Below, piece after piece: positions 9,936-20,364 of a stretch of 64,000 nucleotides of DNA. The translations under genes were made by a program, and so were the position numbers. The notes under the pieces were generated by a model. That model did not search any database. It saw nothing but the letters and a program-made list of their open reading frames with translations, and was not told where the DNA came from. The DNA comes from Patescibacteria group bacterium (GTDB lineage: Bacteria > Patescibacteriota > Minisyncoccia > Portnoybacterales > UBA2143). How positions within the stretch are numbered: position 1 is the first letter of the stretch; every line of letters begins with the position of its first letter. The stretch is taken from positions 115,131 to 179,130 of the forward strand of contig JAHJSM010000002.1 in NCBI GenBank assembly GCA_018830295.1, written 5' to 3'.

Positions 9936-10385
9936 TTATTTTTTTTCCGCGACAACAATTGCTTTAATTTTAACTTCCAAATTATGGGGCAATTCAATTG
10001 TAATTTCGTATTCCCCTACTTCTTTAAGTGGCTTCTTTGTCTTAATTTGACTCTTGTCAATTTCAAGCCCTTGTTCTTTTAATTTTTCGGCGATATCAGC
10101 GGCGCCTACCGCTCCAAAAAGTTTGCCTTCATCATCCGCCTTGGAGACGATTTCTAATTCCACCCCGTCTAATTGGCTTGCCACTTCCTGAAAGCGCGCC
10201 AATTCTTCTTCGGCTTTTTGGGCTTTAATTCTGTTTTGCTCCTCTACTTTAGCGACTTCTGATTTGGTGGCTAAAACAGCCATTTTATTTGGAATTAAAA
10301 AATTGCGGGCATAACCATCGGCCACTTCTTTGATCTCGTTTTTCTTGCCTAACTTTTCCACATCTTGTAGTAATATTATTTTCAT
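9936..10385 (-). CDS. rplI: 50S ribosomal protein L9
   Basis: MKIILLQDVEKLGKKNEIKEVADGYARNFLIP signature. Confidence 0.95.
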   Translation of the reverse strand: MKIILLQDVEKLGKKNEIKEVADGYARNFLIPNKMAVLATKSEVAKVEEQNRIKAQKAEEELARFQEVASQLDGVELEIVSKADDEGKLFGAVGAADIAEKLKEQGLEIDKSQIKTKKPLKEVGEYEITIELPHNLEVKIKAIVVAEKK

Positions 10386-10410
10386 ATTTTTGTCATTAGT
10401 ATTTTATCTT

Positions 10411-10686
10411 TTAGTATTCTATCTCAAATTTATCAAATTTGCCAGTGGCCTCTCCCCACCCAACATCTATTTTATCAACCCTCGCCAAGACAGGTCCATT
10501 ATAACACCACTTAACCAATTCTTTCAACCCCTCTTCGTCTCCTTCGGCAAATATTTGAACTGTGTCGTCTGGTTCATTTTTAACCCAGCCCGTCAAACCC
10601 AATTTTTTCGCCTGCCGCCGGACTGAATCGCGAAACATAACCATCTGCACCTGCCCATAAACTTTAATTTTAATTTGTTTGATCAT
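10411..10686 (-). CDS. acyP: acylphosphatase (start trimmed to internal Met to remove overlap with ctpA)
   Basis: VYGQVQMVMFRDSV...TGWVKN...GEATGKFDKF acylphosphatase motifs; the ORF-track N-terminal extension overlaps ctpA. Confidence 0.75.
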   Translation of the reverse strand: MIKQIKIKVYGQVQMVMFRDSVRRQAKKLGLTGWVKNEPDDTVQIFAEGDEEGLKELVKWCYNGPVLARVDKIDVGWGEATGKFDKFEIEY

Positions 10687-10694
10687 CTTAACTA

Positions 10695-11900
10695 TTACCT
10701 CAACATCTCCAACGCTTTTTCTAATTGCGGGTCGCGCATTTCTTCCATATCTTCCAGTGTTAGTTCTACTTCCACATCGGGCGCGATGCCTTCTTTGTTG
10801 ATGTTTGTTCCAAGCGGCGTGAGCCATTTGGCGATTGTGATTTTAATGCTAGAACCGCCATCAAGTTTTTCCATTTGCTGAACCGAACCCTTGCCGAAAC
10901 TTTTTTCTCCGACAAGTTTAATTCCTTTAATATCGCGCAAAGCGCCTGCTAAAATTTCTGAAGCGGAAGCGGAACCTTCATTGATTAAAACAATTGTTGG
11001 AAGATTCTCCAAAGCGCCATATCCTCGGCTGCGGTATCTGATGTTTTCTTCCCCATTATCGCCAAAATCCTCAATTACGACTGTTTCTCCTTTTGGCAAA
11101 AACCAACTCGCGATATCAACGGAGACTTCTAAATAACCGCCCGGGTTATTGCGAACATCTAAAACGAGACCTTCGGGATTTAATTTAAGAACTTCTCTAA
11201 TTGTTTTTTCAAACTCGCGCGCTGAATTTTCGGTAAAGTGATAGAGTTGGATATAGGCGATGTCGCCGTCCTTGATCTCCCATTTAATAATGGGGATTTG
11301 AATTACATCTCGGATAATTTTTATTTCCTTCGTTTCGTCCAGCCCGTCCCTGGCGATGAGCAAAACCACTTCTGTTCCTCCTTCTCCTCTGATTAAATTG
11401 ACTGCTTCGTCAAGCGTTAAATCGGAAGTGATTGTTTCGTCCACCTTAAGAATTTTATCTCCCGCCATCAGCCCCGCCTTTTTCGCCGGATTGCCTTCTA
11501 ATGGGGAAATAACCGTCAAAATGCCTTTGCGAATGCCTATCTCCGCGCCAATGCCCTCGAAACTACCTTTAATGTCGTCCATAAACTTCTTGCTTTCTTG
11601 AGGCGGCATGAAGACGGAATATGGGTCGTCTAATGAACCCAAGAGGCCGGAAATCGCCCCATAGACCATATTTTGCTTGTCTAAATCAGAGCGGTCAACA
11701 TATTTTGTTTCAACCACGCGCCAAGCGTCCCAAAACAAATTAAAATCAACACTCATATCCATCGGCTGCCCAATGTCTTTATTCGCCAATCCTTCAATTT
11801 TATTAACCGAAGGAATGCTATCCTGCCCAACCCAAAACCCGCCTCCAAAAACAAGAGCCAAAAGCAAAACCCAAACTGGAATAGAAATATATTTTTTCAT
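10695..11900 (-). CDS. ctpA: carboxy-terminal processing peptidase (S41 family, PDZ-containing)
   Basis: signal/TM, PDZ segment, S41 serine motif INEGSASASEILAGAL. Confidence 0.9.
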   Translation of the reverse strand: MKKYISIPVWVLLLALVFGGGFWVGQDSIPSVNKIEGLANKDIGQPMDMSVDFNLFWDAWRVVETKYVDRSDLDKQNMVYGAISGLLGSLDDPYSVFMPPQESKKFMDDIKGSFEGIGAEIGIRKGILTVISPLEGNPAKKAGLMAGDKILKVDETITSDLTLDEAVNLIRGEGGTEVVLLIARDGLDETKEIKIIRDVIQIPIIKWEIKDGDIAYIQLYHFTENSAREFEKTIREVLKLNPEGLVLDVRNNPGGYLEVSVDIASWFLPKGETVVIEDFGDNGEENIRYRSRGYGALENLPTIVLINEGSASASEILAGALRDIKGIKLVGEKSFGKGSVQQMEKLDGGSSIKITIAKWLTPLGTNINKEGIAPDVEVELTLEDMEEMRDPQLEKALEMLR

Positions 11901-11914
11901 AATTTATCGTTCGG

Positions 11915-12718
11915 CTATCCGATAGCCGAATTGTTGTCTCGCCATTTCCAAAAATATTTGGTGGCGCTGATTAAGTGGAGGCGAGTGTATTTGTTAAAAA
12001 AAATGTCTAAGAGACCACCCCATTTTTTACTGACGCGATAATAATAATGGGACATTTGGGCGGTTGGCAGATAAACGACCTGATATCCGTTTTGCCAAAA
12101 CCGGCGGCACCAGTCGGTATCTTCAAAATACATAAAAAATCTCTCATCCAGCAGGCCGACTTTTTCAAGAGCAACGCGGCTGACCAAGATTGCTGAACCC
12201 TGAACCCAATCAACCATTCTTGGAACGGATAAATTTTCGTTCGCCATTAAGAAACGATTTAATTTTTCTTTCCCCCATTTGAGCCGACCGAAGAATGTTC
12301 GTCTCGCCAAAATCGCTCCAATGCTATGAAATCTAAAACAAGAACTTTGTGGTTGATTGCTAAAAGTCAGCAACCGCGGACCAACCGCGCCGACCTGAGG
12401 ATGGATTTCAATAAATTTAAGCATTTTTGAAACGGAATCTTTCAAAATTAAAATATCGGCGTTAAGGATTAAAATATAATCCCCCTTTGCCGCTTTAATG
12501 CCGGCGTTAACAATTTTAGCATATCCGACATTTTTTAGAAAATGAATTAATTTAACTGAGGGAAATTCTTCTTCAATTAAGTCGCGCGTCTTTTCTTCTG
12601 ATTGGCTATCAACGATAATGACTTCATAATCAAGAGCGCCAATATTTTCCTTAATTGACTTCAAGCAAAGTTTTAACAAAGCCAGCGTTTGGTGGTGTGT
12701 GATAATAATGGAAATCAT
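11915..12718 (-). CDS. family 2 glycosyltransferase (start at internal Met 12718, 1 nt after LCP stop)
   Basis: MISIIITHHQ...VIIVDSQS...ILNADI GT2 DXD-type motifs. Confidence 0.8.
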   Translation of the reverse strand: MISIIITHHQTLALLKLCLKSIKENIGALDYEVIIVDSQSEEKTRDLIEEEFPSVKLIHFLKNVGYAKIVNAGIKAAKGDYILILNADILILKDSVSKMLKFIEIHPQVGAVGPRLLTFSNQPQSSCFRFHSIGAILARRTFFGRLKWGKEKLNRFLMANENLSVPRMVDWVQGSAILVSRVALEKVGLLDERFFMYFEDTDWCRRFWQNGYQVVYLPTAQMSHYYYRVSKKWGGLLDIFFNKYTRLHLISATKYFWKWRDNNSAIG

Positions 12719-12719
12719 A

Positions 12720-13739
12720 TTAATCGTTAAAAATATTTTGGCAAACTTCTTTGATTCTATCAAAATTATCTCCGATTGGCAAAAGGACATATTCTTCTTC
12801 AATAAATGTTTGATAAAGCAGTCCATTCGGGCTGATGTCAATTACTTCTTTTTTAATATTATCTAAGTCCAAACCCGCCGCTAAACCGATTGTTTGTTTA
12901 ATGGCGGATAAGTTCATATCTGTTTTAACATTATTGCCAAGAACATCCATTAGATTATAGACCTTGACGGGGTTTGCTAAAACGCCCAGAGTAAGGGCTT
13001 TTTCTTTAATCGCCAAAATTATTTGCTGTTGGCGGCGCATTCGGTCAAAGTCATTCGTTGAATAGCGGGAACGGGCGTAATAAAGAGCCGTTTGGCTGTC
13101 CAATTCGCTTTCGCCTTCGGGCACATAAAAAACCCACTTTTCTTCGCCGTCAATTTCTTTAATAAACCAATGCTTGTCTTCTTCCCAACCCTCTTTCGCC
13201 CACTGGAAACTTTCTTCAAACGGCGTCTCTCTGTAAATCGTAATTCCGCCCAAGGCTTCAACTGTTTCTTGAAGCGCTCTAAAATCAACGCTTATGGCGT
13301 AGTCAACAAAAAGACCCGTCACTAAAGAGACAGTTTTTTTAGCGCAATCCAGCCCGCCGTAAGCATAGGCGAAGTTGATTTTTTTTGTTTCAGGAACGCA
13401 CCAAATTCTAACATAAAGGTCGCGCGGCAATGAAATCAAAGCCGTCTTGCCAGTATCCTTTTCAATGCTCGCCAAAATAATCGTATCAGAAAGAAATCTG
13501 CCATCGTTATCATTATCTTCCGCTCCTCTCATTCCTAAAAGCAAAATATTAAGACGATTCGGGTCATCTTCCGGTAATTGAGGTAAGTCAGCCGAAGAAG
13601 GCAAAACAGCTCCCGTCCAATCAATCACTTGGCTCACGGTAAATCCCGCTTTAAAAAAGAAAAGCGCCAAAAACCCCGCCAAAACAAAAAGAGGACCAAC
13701 AATCCAAATTAATTTTTTCTTCTTCTCCTGAATTTCCAT
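12720..13739 (-). CDS. LytR-CpsA-Psr (LCP) family cell-wall polymer transferase
   Basis: N-terminal TM; LNILLLGMRGAEDNDNDGRFLSDTIILASI...SLPRDLYV LCP core. Confidence 0.85.
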   Translation of the reverse strand: MEIQEKKKKLIWIVGPLFVLAGFLALFFFKAGFTVSQVIDWTGAVLPSSADLPQLPEDDPNRLNILLLGMRGAEDNDNDGRFLSDTIILASIEKDTGKTALISLPRDLYVRIWCVPETKKINFAYAYGGLDCAKKTVSLVTGLFVDYAISVDFRALQETVEALGGITIYRETPFEESFQWAKEGWEEDKHWFIKEIDGEEKWVFYVPEGESELDSQTALYYARSRYSTNDFDRMRRQQQIILAIKEKALTLGVLANPVKVYNLMDVLGNNVKTDMNLSAIKQTIGLAAGLDLDNIKKEVIDISPNGLLYQTFIEEEYVLLPIGDNFDRIKEVCQNIFND

Positions 13740-13776
13740 AATTTAATTAATACCAACACCAGAGACAGTTAACACC

Positions 13777-13811
13777 GGGGACAGTCCCCATTCAGAATGG
13801 GGACTGTCCCC
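13777..13811. repeat. GC-rich palindromic element GGGGACAGTCCCC-N9-GGGGACTGTCCCC (intergenic)
   Basis: member of a family with 10 or more copies. Confidence 0.8.
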
Positions 13812-13831
13812 TAATTTTGTCCCCTAATTTC

Positions 13832-14857
13832 TCATTCAAACCACTTCTCCATTTCCTTCGCGCTTGTTTTTTTCTTCTTCATAATAATTTTTCTTTTTCG
13901 CCAGGCGTTGGGGGTTAGTTTAAATAGTTCTTTCATCGCTTTCCATGTATATTTTTCAAAAAGCAGGACATAGACCCAGGAAATAATTTCTTTTGGCAAA
14001 AACCAGGGCAGATGTTTAATGAGCAATAACGGCTGTTCGTTTTTTAATTGCATTAATCGTTGATTTTTAAAAGCGTGGAATTTGCCAAACTTGTTGATTT
14101 TCAGCCGTTCTCTCACGATTGATAAATAACCTTTCGCCGCGCTATCGCCCGCTGTTCGCGCGTGCCAAGCGACTGACTTGGGCTGATAAATTGCTTTCCA
14201 TCCGCGCAATCGCAGCCGCCAGGCGAGATCAACATCCTCTTTATAACAAAAAAAATCTTCGTCAAAATATTCTTCTTTGATTTTAACATCCTCCAGCGCC
14301 TCTCTTCTGTAAACAGGCGCCGCTCCGTCCGCGCCGAATATTTCTTCACGATTCTCAAATTGCCCCTGGTCAATCTGTCCTTGTTCTCTGTTAATAATTC
14401 GCCTGTTTTTAAAAATGACCAAACCAGTCGTATCAATAATAGTCGACAGACCTAAATTCCAGCGCAAAAGTTTTCCCTGAACGGACGCTATTTTGCGGTC
14501 TTTCTTAAAAATTTCCACAGCCTCTCGAACGAATCCGTTCTCTAAAATAACATCTTGGTTGAGGCATAAAACAAATTCTCCTCCGCTCTTTCTTATACCT
14601 TGATTATGTCCAGCCGCGAAACCAACATTTTTTTTATTAAAAACAATTTTGAGGTTTTGCCTTTTTGGTAATTTCTTTAAATATTCAACCGTTCCGTCCG
14701 TTGAAGCGTTATCAATAATCAAAATTTCCAGTTCCGGGTAGGCCTGGCTAAAAACAGAATTCAAACAACTCTTAATATATTTTTCAGCGTTGTAAGTTAG
14801 AAGATTGATTGAGACCACCGGAAGATTTTTTTGCATAAGCCGCGTATAAAAGACCAA
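13832..14857 (-). CDS. family 2 glycosyltransferase (second copy; 5' end may start at an internal Met)
   Basis: VSINLLTYNAEKYI...ILIIDNASTDGT GT2 signature. Confidence 0.85.
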   Translation of the reverse strand: MVFYTRLMQKNLPVVSINLLTYNAEKYIKSCLNSVFSQAYPELEILIIDNASTDGTVEYLKKLPKRQNLKIVFNKKNVGFAAGHNQGIRKSGGEFVLCLNQDVILENGFVREAVEIFKKDRKIASVQGKLLRWNLGLSTIIDTTGLVIFKNRRIINREQGQIDQGQFENREEIFGADGAAPVYRREALEDVKIKEEYFDEDFFCYKEDVDLAWRLRLRGWKAIYQPKSVAWHARTAGDSAAKGYLSIVRERLKINKFGKFHAFKNQRLMQLKNEQPLLLIKHLPWFLPKEIISWVYVLLFEKYTWKAMKELFKLTPNAWRKRKIIMKKKKTSAKEMEKWFE

Positions 14858-16418
14858 GATTAGCCATAAAAAACAAAAGGACTTTATCGTTAAGGAGAAC
14901 TACATCAAATAAACTATATCCTAAAACCCAGATCAGAGCAAGAAAGAAAAAACTTGCCCAAGATTGCAAATAAGCGTCTTTTATTTCTTTTTTGTCCTGA
15001 AAAATGAGCCACAATTTTTTAATTATCTGCCAAAAAATCGCCAGTAAAACAAGAAGAGCAAAAATTCCCATTTCCGCAGCGACATCAAGATAAAGATTAT
15101 GCGCCGAGGCTCCTCTTTTAACCGACGACATCTCTTCGTTAAGGACTAAGGGATAGTTCCCTATTCCCACCCCTAAAACAGGGCGCGCCGCGATTGAATC
15201 AATCGTTCTTTGCCAAATTTCTAAACGACCTCTAACTGATGTTTCCGCGAAATCAGCGATACTCCTCGCTCTTTCAAAAAAAGAAATTGTTTCCATTTTT
15301 GGCGCCATTCCCGTTCGCGTTCTTTCAGAAAGCAAAAGGATGCCTGAAGCAATCGGAAACAAAAGAAAAAAGATAATCAAACACCCAAAAATAAGTTGTA
15401 TCTTTTTTTTCCAATTTCCAATAATTTTAGGAATAAAGAAATCCGTTTTTGAACGAATTGTTGGTGAATAAAAAAGCAGAATGCTAAATAAAAAAATCAG
15501 AAGCGCGCCTAAAGCGCTCACCCAGGCGCCTCTTGAGCCAGAAAAAATAATAGCCATTAAACATACGATTAAAAGAAAATAACCGAGATATAATTTTTTT
15601 TTAGCGTGTTTCGTGAAAATCATTGCTAATAAAAAAGGTAAAGAAAGAACGCAAAAAAGAGCGAAAGAATGAGAGTCGGGAAAGATAGAAAACATTCGCA
15701 AGGTTGGCGACTGGTAAGCGTAATAAGAAAACCATGTATTGCTGTAAGACAAAAGTTCGCTTAAATTTTGTCCGTAAAAAACGGAAATAACCTGCCTGTC
15801 CCAAAAATGCCAAAATGAATGCAGGGGAATAAAAAAAACAACGATTAATTGGGTAAAACCGATGGCCAGAGTCAAGCCAACTGCGACCTTGAGCGCGCTT
15901 AATATTTCGGAAACAGCTTCTTTGTTTTTATTAATCAAATTGCGAATAATTAAAAACAAAAGAAAAACATTAATTAGAAAAATAAATTTTTTGGCGCCGA
16001 TCCAAAGATCATCCGCGACAAAAAGAGAGAGAGCGCCAATGATTAAAAAGACGCCCACTAAATATTCAATCAAACCATGCTTTAGATTCTCTTTTAGACG
16101 CCACTTTCCTAAACTGTTTTTAACCAAATTAATTGATACGCCTTGTCTAAAAAACAAAACAAGAAATAAAACAACTAACAAAATCCGCCAGTTTGCCATA
16201 TAATCAAAATTTTCGGTTAATGGCAAGGCGACAAACAAAGGGATAGAAGCGATAAAAACCCAAAAAGAATCCTTTAAGGGAGCGAAAATGAAATAAAAAA
16301 TCATCAAGCCGGTCAAAAACAAACTTGCTTCTCGAGGGACGACGCCAAATACCATTAAAAAAATAACCGCCAATTCGGCTAAAAGAATAGTTATGTTTTT
16401 TGCCTTTGATGAATTCAT
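14784..16418 (-). CDS. O-antigen ligase/Wzy-like polytopic membrane protein
   Basis: more than 10 TM segments; Wzy_C-like GSRGAWVSALGALLIF loop. Confidence 0.7.
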   Translation of the reverse strand: MNSSKAKNITILLAELAVIFLMVFGVVPREASLFLTGLMIFYFIFAPLKDSFWVFIASIPLFVALPLTENFDYMANWRILLVVLFLVLFFRQGVSINLVKNSLGKWRLKENLKHGLIEYLVGVFLIIGALSLFVADDLWIGAKKFIFLINVFLLFLIIRNLINKNKEAVSEILSALKVAVGLTLAIGFTQLIVVFFIPLHSFWHFWDRQVISVFYGQNLSELLSYSNTWFSYYAYQSPTLRMFSIFPDSHSFALFCVLSLPFLLAMIFTKHAKKKLYLGYFLLIVCLMAIIFSGSRGAWVSALGALLIFLFSILLFYSPTIRSKTDFFIPKIIGNWKKKIQLIFGCLIIFFLLFPIASGILLLSERTRTGMAPKMETISFFERARSIADFAETSVRGRLEIWQRTIDSIAARPVLGVGIGNYPLVLNEEMSSVKRGASAHNLYLDVAAEMGIFALLVLLAIFWQIIKKLWLIFQDKKEIKDAYLQSWASFFFLALIWVLGYSLFDVVLLNDKVLLFFMANLGLLYAAYAKKSSGGLNQSSNLQR

Positions 16419-16424
16419 GTAAGT

Positions 16425-17564
16425 TTAGTATCCCTTCAACTTAACCGCGTTTTCGTGTTGGCGAATTCTTTCTAACGCTTTCGCTTCTATTTGCCTGATT
16501 CGCTCTCTTGTCACGCCAAATTCATGTCCGACTTCTTCTAATGTGTGGGTAATATTATCTTTTAGCCCAAAACGCATTTCTAAAATTTTCTGTTCTCGCA
16601 AAGACAAGTCAACTAAAATTTCTTTTAATCGTTTTTTAAGCATTTTTCTCGCCGCGACTTTGGCGGGAGAAATTGTTTTTTTATCTTCAACAAACGCCCC
16701 CAAATTACTGTCTTCTTCGTCGTCGCCTACGGGCGCTTCTAAAGAAATTGTCTCTTGGGAAATTTTCATAATTTGCCTAACTTTTTCGATGGTCTCTTCC
16801 ATTTCAACGGCGACTTCGTCAGGCAGGGGTTCTCTCCCTAAATCTTGAAGAAGTCGTCTTCTGATTTGAGTATATTTGCTAATCGTCTCAACCATATGAA
16901 CTGGAATTCTAATTGTTCGCGATTGGTCGGCAAGCGCGCGCGTCACCGCTTGGCGAATCCACCAGGTGGCGTAAGTGGAAAACTTATACCCCTTATGATA
17001 ATCAAATTTTTCAACTGCCTTAAAAAGACCAATATTGCCCTCTTGGATTAAATCAAGCAAACTTAAACTTCGGCTTCGTCCAGCGTATCTTTTGGCGATA
17101 CTCACGACCAGTCGCAAATTCGCTTGAGTTAAGTTTTGTCTTGATTCTTCATCTCCTCGTTCAATCCCTTTAGCGAGTTTGACTTCTTCTTGCGCGGTCA
17201 ACAGCGGAATCCGCCCAATTTCTCGCAAATACATTTGAACATTGTCAAACGATTCCATCCGAAGAGGGATTTTATCTTTGTCCACCTTTTTGACTTCATT
17301 GGACGCGTCCAAAAAATCAACTGATTCAACGACTTTTATACTTACATCCTTCAAGCGATCATAAACCCTTTCCAGTCCATCAATATCGTCCTCTACTTTG
17401 GGGATTATTCGCAACAATTCAGAGTTTGTGACAAACCCCTTTTCCTTGCCTTTCTGAATTAATTCTTCAATTTGCTTTTCGGTGATGAGCTCTTTTTTCG
17501 CCCGAGGTTTTCTTGGTTTTTTTCTAATAGCTTTTTTTTGAGCTGTCTTTTTTGTTTTGGTCAT
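16425..17564 (-). CDS. rpoD: RNA polymerase sigma-70 factor RpoD (short form)
   Basis: region 2 [19 protein letters not shown]...[12 protein letters not shown]; regions 3 and 4 present. Confidence 0.9.
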   Translation of the reverse strand: MTKTKKTAQKKAIRKKPRKPRAKKELITEKQIEELIQKGKEKGFVTNSELLRIIPKVEDDIDGLERVYDRLKDVSIKVVESVDFLDASNEVKKVDKDKIPLRMESFDNVQMYLREIGRIPLLTAQEEVKLAKGIERGDEESRQNLTQANLRLVVSIAKRYAGRSRSLSLLDLIQEGNIGLFKAVEKFDYHKGYKFSTYATWWIRQAVTRALADQSRTIRIPVHMVETISKYTQIRRRLLQDLGREPLPDEVAVEMEETIEKVRQIMKISQETISLEAPVGDDEEDSNLGAFVEDKKTISPAKVAARKMLKKRLKEILVDLSLREQKILEMRFGLKDNITHTLEEVGHEFGVTRERIRQIEAKALERIRQHENAVKLKGY

Positions 17565-19300
17565 TGTATTTTATTAAATTTTTCAGTTAATTGTTTTAAT
17601 AATGACTGGTCTCCCCTATTCTCCGCTTCTTTAATATCCAGCGATAACTTATTTCTTTTTTTCCTTAAATATCGATCTTTTAATTGATCAAAACAAAACT
17701 CCATTTCTTTCTCTGGATTAAAGTCCTCCCGCATATCTTTTCGCGCTTCTATCATAAAAGTTAAATAATTTGTTTTTTCAAACAAATCCAGCGGCAAATT
17801 GTTTTTAAGATTTTTTAAGTCCTTTTTCCAACCAGCGTCTGTTTTTAGCGCTTCAAATATTTGTTTCAACTCCAAACGCGCGAATAAACCGTTCGCTTCG
17901 TCTTTGTACTTTTCAAAATGTTCGGGGTGAGACAAAACAAGGCCGATTGTGTATTCTTCAGAATCAAATAATGTCGGGTTCAGGTTGGTTTCTTCTTGAG
18001 AAAACTTTTTTTCTGTTTTAACCTTATCCATTTCTTCAATTAAAGCCGCTTCTTGAATTTTCAACCGCGCCGCCAATTCCTGAAGCCAATGCGCCTGTTC
18101 AACTTTATTAGAAATCTTTTTGAGAACCGGCAAAATAATTCCGCTAATTTCTTTTTTACCGTTCACTGTTTCTTTGTCGTTTTTTGAAAAAGCGCCGTCA
18201 AAATAAAACGCGACCAATTCCTCCGCTTCGCCAATCGCTTTTTCCCAGACATGAGCGTCTTTTCTGATGCAATCCGCTGGGTCTTGATTATCGGGCAAAA
18301 CAATGACTTTGGCGTTAAAACCAAATTGAAGAGCCAAGTCAACTCCTCTTTTTGTCGCCATCTCTCCAGCTGTGTCCATATCAAAAGCCGTTGTTAAATT
18401 TTCTGTATATCGCTTAATAATTCTCAATTGTTGTTCCGTGAGGGCGGTTCCAGAACTAGCGACCGCGTTCTTAACTCCCGCTTGATGCGACATAATTACA
18501 TCTGTTTGTCCTTCCACTAAAATACAAACATCTTTTTGCCGAATGTCAACTTTCGCCTTGTCTAATCCATATAAAATACAACTCTTATCGTAAATAAGCG
18601 TATTGGGAGTATTAATATATTTTCCCATGCGCGCGTCAGGATTTTTAGGATTTTCTCGCCCCGTAAATCCGACAACCGCACCATTAAGATCGTTAATAGG
18701 GAAAATAATTCTATCGCGAAAACGATCGTAATAATTTTTACCTTGGACGGCTAAGCCAGTTTTCAAAATACTATCATCAGCGTAGCCGCGACCGCTTAAA
18801 AAATCAAAGAGTGATTGCCAGCCCCTGGGCGCGTATCCGATTTGCCATTCTTTAATTGTGTCTAAATGGAGACCTCTCTCAACAAGATAATCCCTCATTT
18901 CCTTTCCTGTCTTGCTTTCTTCCAACTGCTTCACAAAAAAACGGTTGGCTAAATCGCAAATTTCATAAAGGAGTGTCTTTTCAGTTCTAAATTTTTCGGC
19001 AAATTTGGTATCTGTTTTTTTTAATTCCACTCCCGCTTTTTGAGCTAAAGTCCGCAAAGCGTCGCCAAATTCCAACCCCTCCATCTCCATGACAAAATCA
19101 AAAATACTCCCCCCTTTGCCGCATCCGAAACAGTGCCACATCTGCTTTTCGGGAGAAACCATAAAAGAAGGCGTTTTCTCCGCGTGAAAAGGGCAATTCG
19201 CGCGATAATTCCGCCCCGTCTTCTGCAGGCGGATATATCCCTGAATCACATCCACAATATCCAATCGGTTTTTAATTTCATCTATTGGAGAATCAATCAT
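17561..19300 (-). CDS. dnaG: DNA primase DnaG
   Basis: zinc-ribbon [11 protein letters not shown]...CFGCGKGG and TOPRIM region; rpoD-dnaG synteny. Confidence 0.95.
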   Translation of the reverse strand: MIDSPIDEIKNRLDIVDVIQGYIRLQKTGRNYRANCPFHAEKTPSFMVSPEKQMWHCFGCGKGGSIFDFVMEMEGLEFGDALRTLAQKAGVELKKTDTKFAEKFRTEKTLLYEICDLANRFFVKQLEESKTGKEMRDYLVERGLHLDTIKEWQIGYAPRGWQSLFDFLSGRGYADDSILKTGLAVQGKNYYDRFRDRIIFPINDLNGAVVGFTGRENPKNPDARMGKYINTPNTLIYDKSCILYGLDKAKVDIRQKDVCILVEGQTDVIMSHQAGVKNAVASSGTALTEQQLRIIKRYTENLTTAFDMDTAGEMATKRGVDLALQFGFNAKVIVLPDNQDPADCIRKDAHVWEKAIGEAEELVAFYFDGAFSKNDKETVNGKKEISGIILPVLKKISNKVEQAHWLQELAARLKIQEAALIEEMDKVKTEKKFSQEETNLNPTLFDSEEYTIGLVLSHPEHFEKYKDEANGLFARLELKQIFEALKTDAGWKKDLKNLKNNLPLDLFEKTNYLTFMIEARKDMREDFNPEKEMEFCFDQLKDRYLRKKRNKLSLDIKEAENRGDQSLLKQLTEKFNKIQ

Positions 19301-19303
19301 AGG

Positions 19304-19999
19304 TTATTTTTTCAAATAAAACTTTCTTTTCTTCTCCTCAAACTTTTCAATCGCGTATCGCAGCATTGTTCTCGGCATTTTTCTGTAATGTTTTTTTAAA
19401 AACCGTTCTTCTGTTTTTTGGTCCCTGTTTCCAACTTCCCTCAACATCCAACCAACCGCTTTGTGAATTAAATCATGCTTATCCTCCAAAAGCGCTTCCG
19501 AAATTTTGAGCGTGTCTTCAAAGTCGTTGTTTTTAATAAAATGGTAAGTAGATAAAATAGAAATTCTTCTTTTCCACAAATTAGGCGACTTGGCTAATTT
19601 ATATAAAATTCTTCTGTTTTTGTTTAGTAAATAGTCCCCTACAATCTGCGGCGCGGACGAATCCACTAAATCCCAGTTATTGACATTCTCTATGTTTTTT
19701 AAGTAAAAGTCAAAAATCTTTTTTTGACCCTTCGCGTCCGATTTTTTGTATTGGAGAATTAAAATATATAAAGCGACTGACCGATGGTCGTGAATCTTGC
19801 TCAAAAGCAATTTCCGCAAATCCCCCATCCCTAAATCAGCGTATTTTTTCGCGCATAATCGTTGTTTCGGCGCGCCAACCCCCAAAAAAACATCGCCCTC
19901 CCCATACTCCCCCTTTCCTGTCTTAAAAAACCTCGCCGAAACCTCCGCCCGTCTTTTATCCCCCGCTTTTCGCAATTCGTTTTTTAATTGATTCAGCAT
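19304..19999 (-). CDS. DNA alkylation repair protein (AlkD/AlkC HEAT-like repeat family)
   Basis: size and helical-repeat pattern; NNWDLVDSSAPQIVGDYL block resembles DNA_alkylation family. Confidence 0.5.
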   Translation of the reverse strand: MLNQLKNELRKAGDKRRAEVSARFFKTGKGEYGEGDVFLGVGAPKQRLCAKKYADLGMGDLRKLLLSKIHDHRSVALYILILQYKKSDAKGQKKIFDFYLKNIENVNNWDLVDSSAPQIVGDYLLNKNRRILYKLAKSPNLWKRRISILSTYHFIKNNDFEDTLKISEALLEDKHDLIHKAVGWMLREVGNRDQKTEERFLKKHYRKMPRTMLRYAIEKFEEKKRKFYLKK

Positions 20000-20008
20000 T
20001 TTTTAGAG

Positions 20009-20093
20009 CGGAGAGAGCGGGAGTCGAACCCGCGATACCTTTCGGTATACGCGCTTTCCAAGCGCGCGCAATCGGCCACTATGCGACCTCTCC
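20009..20093 (-). tRNA. tRNA-Ser (anticodon GGA), type II with long variable arm, no encoded CCA
   Basis: Cloverleaf folded by hand: acceptor GGAGAGG/TCTCTCC, anticodon stem CGCGC/GCGCG with loop TTGGAAA (U33, GGA, A37), variable arm TATACC-GAAA-GGTATC, T-arm GCGGG-TTCGACT-CCCGC, discriminator G. Confidence 0.9.
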
Positions 20094-20111
20094 TTATATA
20101 AACAATAGCCG

Positions 20112-20360
20112 TTACAAATGTTCAACCAGTTTCTTTTTTAATTTTTCTAATTCCGAAGAGTCCAAAGGATCGCCTGAAACGCGCTTCAGGCGGCTAATTT
20201 CTTTTTCTAATTCACCCTTCGTCAAGCCGTCCTCTAAAGCTCTTTGGAAAGCGCCTTCGGTGTAGGCTCGCTCAGATTCAGACAATTCAGGAACGCTTCG
20301 CAATATCTTCTTAAATTCGTCCCGATATATTTTTTTACCGTCAGAAAAAAATAATCCCAT
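20112..20360 (-). CDS. hypothetical small charged protein
   Basis: ORF with no recognisable motif. Confidence 0.35.
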   Translation of the reverse strand: MGLFFSDGKKIYRDEFKKILRSVPELSESERAYTEGAFQRALEDGLTKGELEKEISRLKRVSGDPLDSSELEKLKKKLVEHL

Positions 20361-20364
20361 ATTA

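Noticed and set aside
11910-11930. Perfect palindrome TTCGGCTATCCGATAGCCGAA at the GT2 stop (similar core at 50826-50846)
   Set aside because: Overlaps the stop codon and lacks a T-run; could be a minor terminator or protein-binding site but evidence is too thin for a call.
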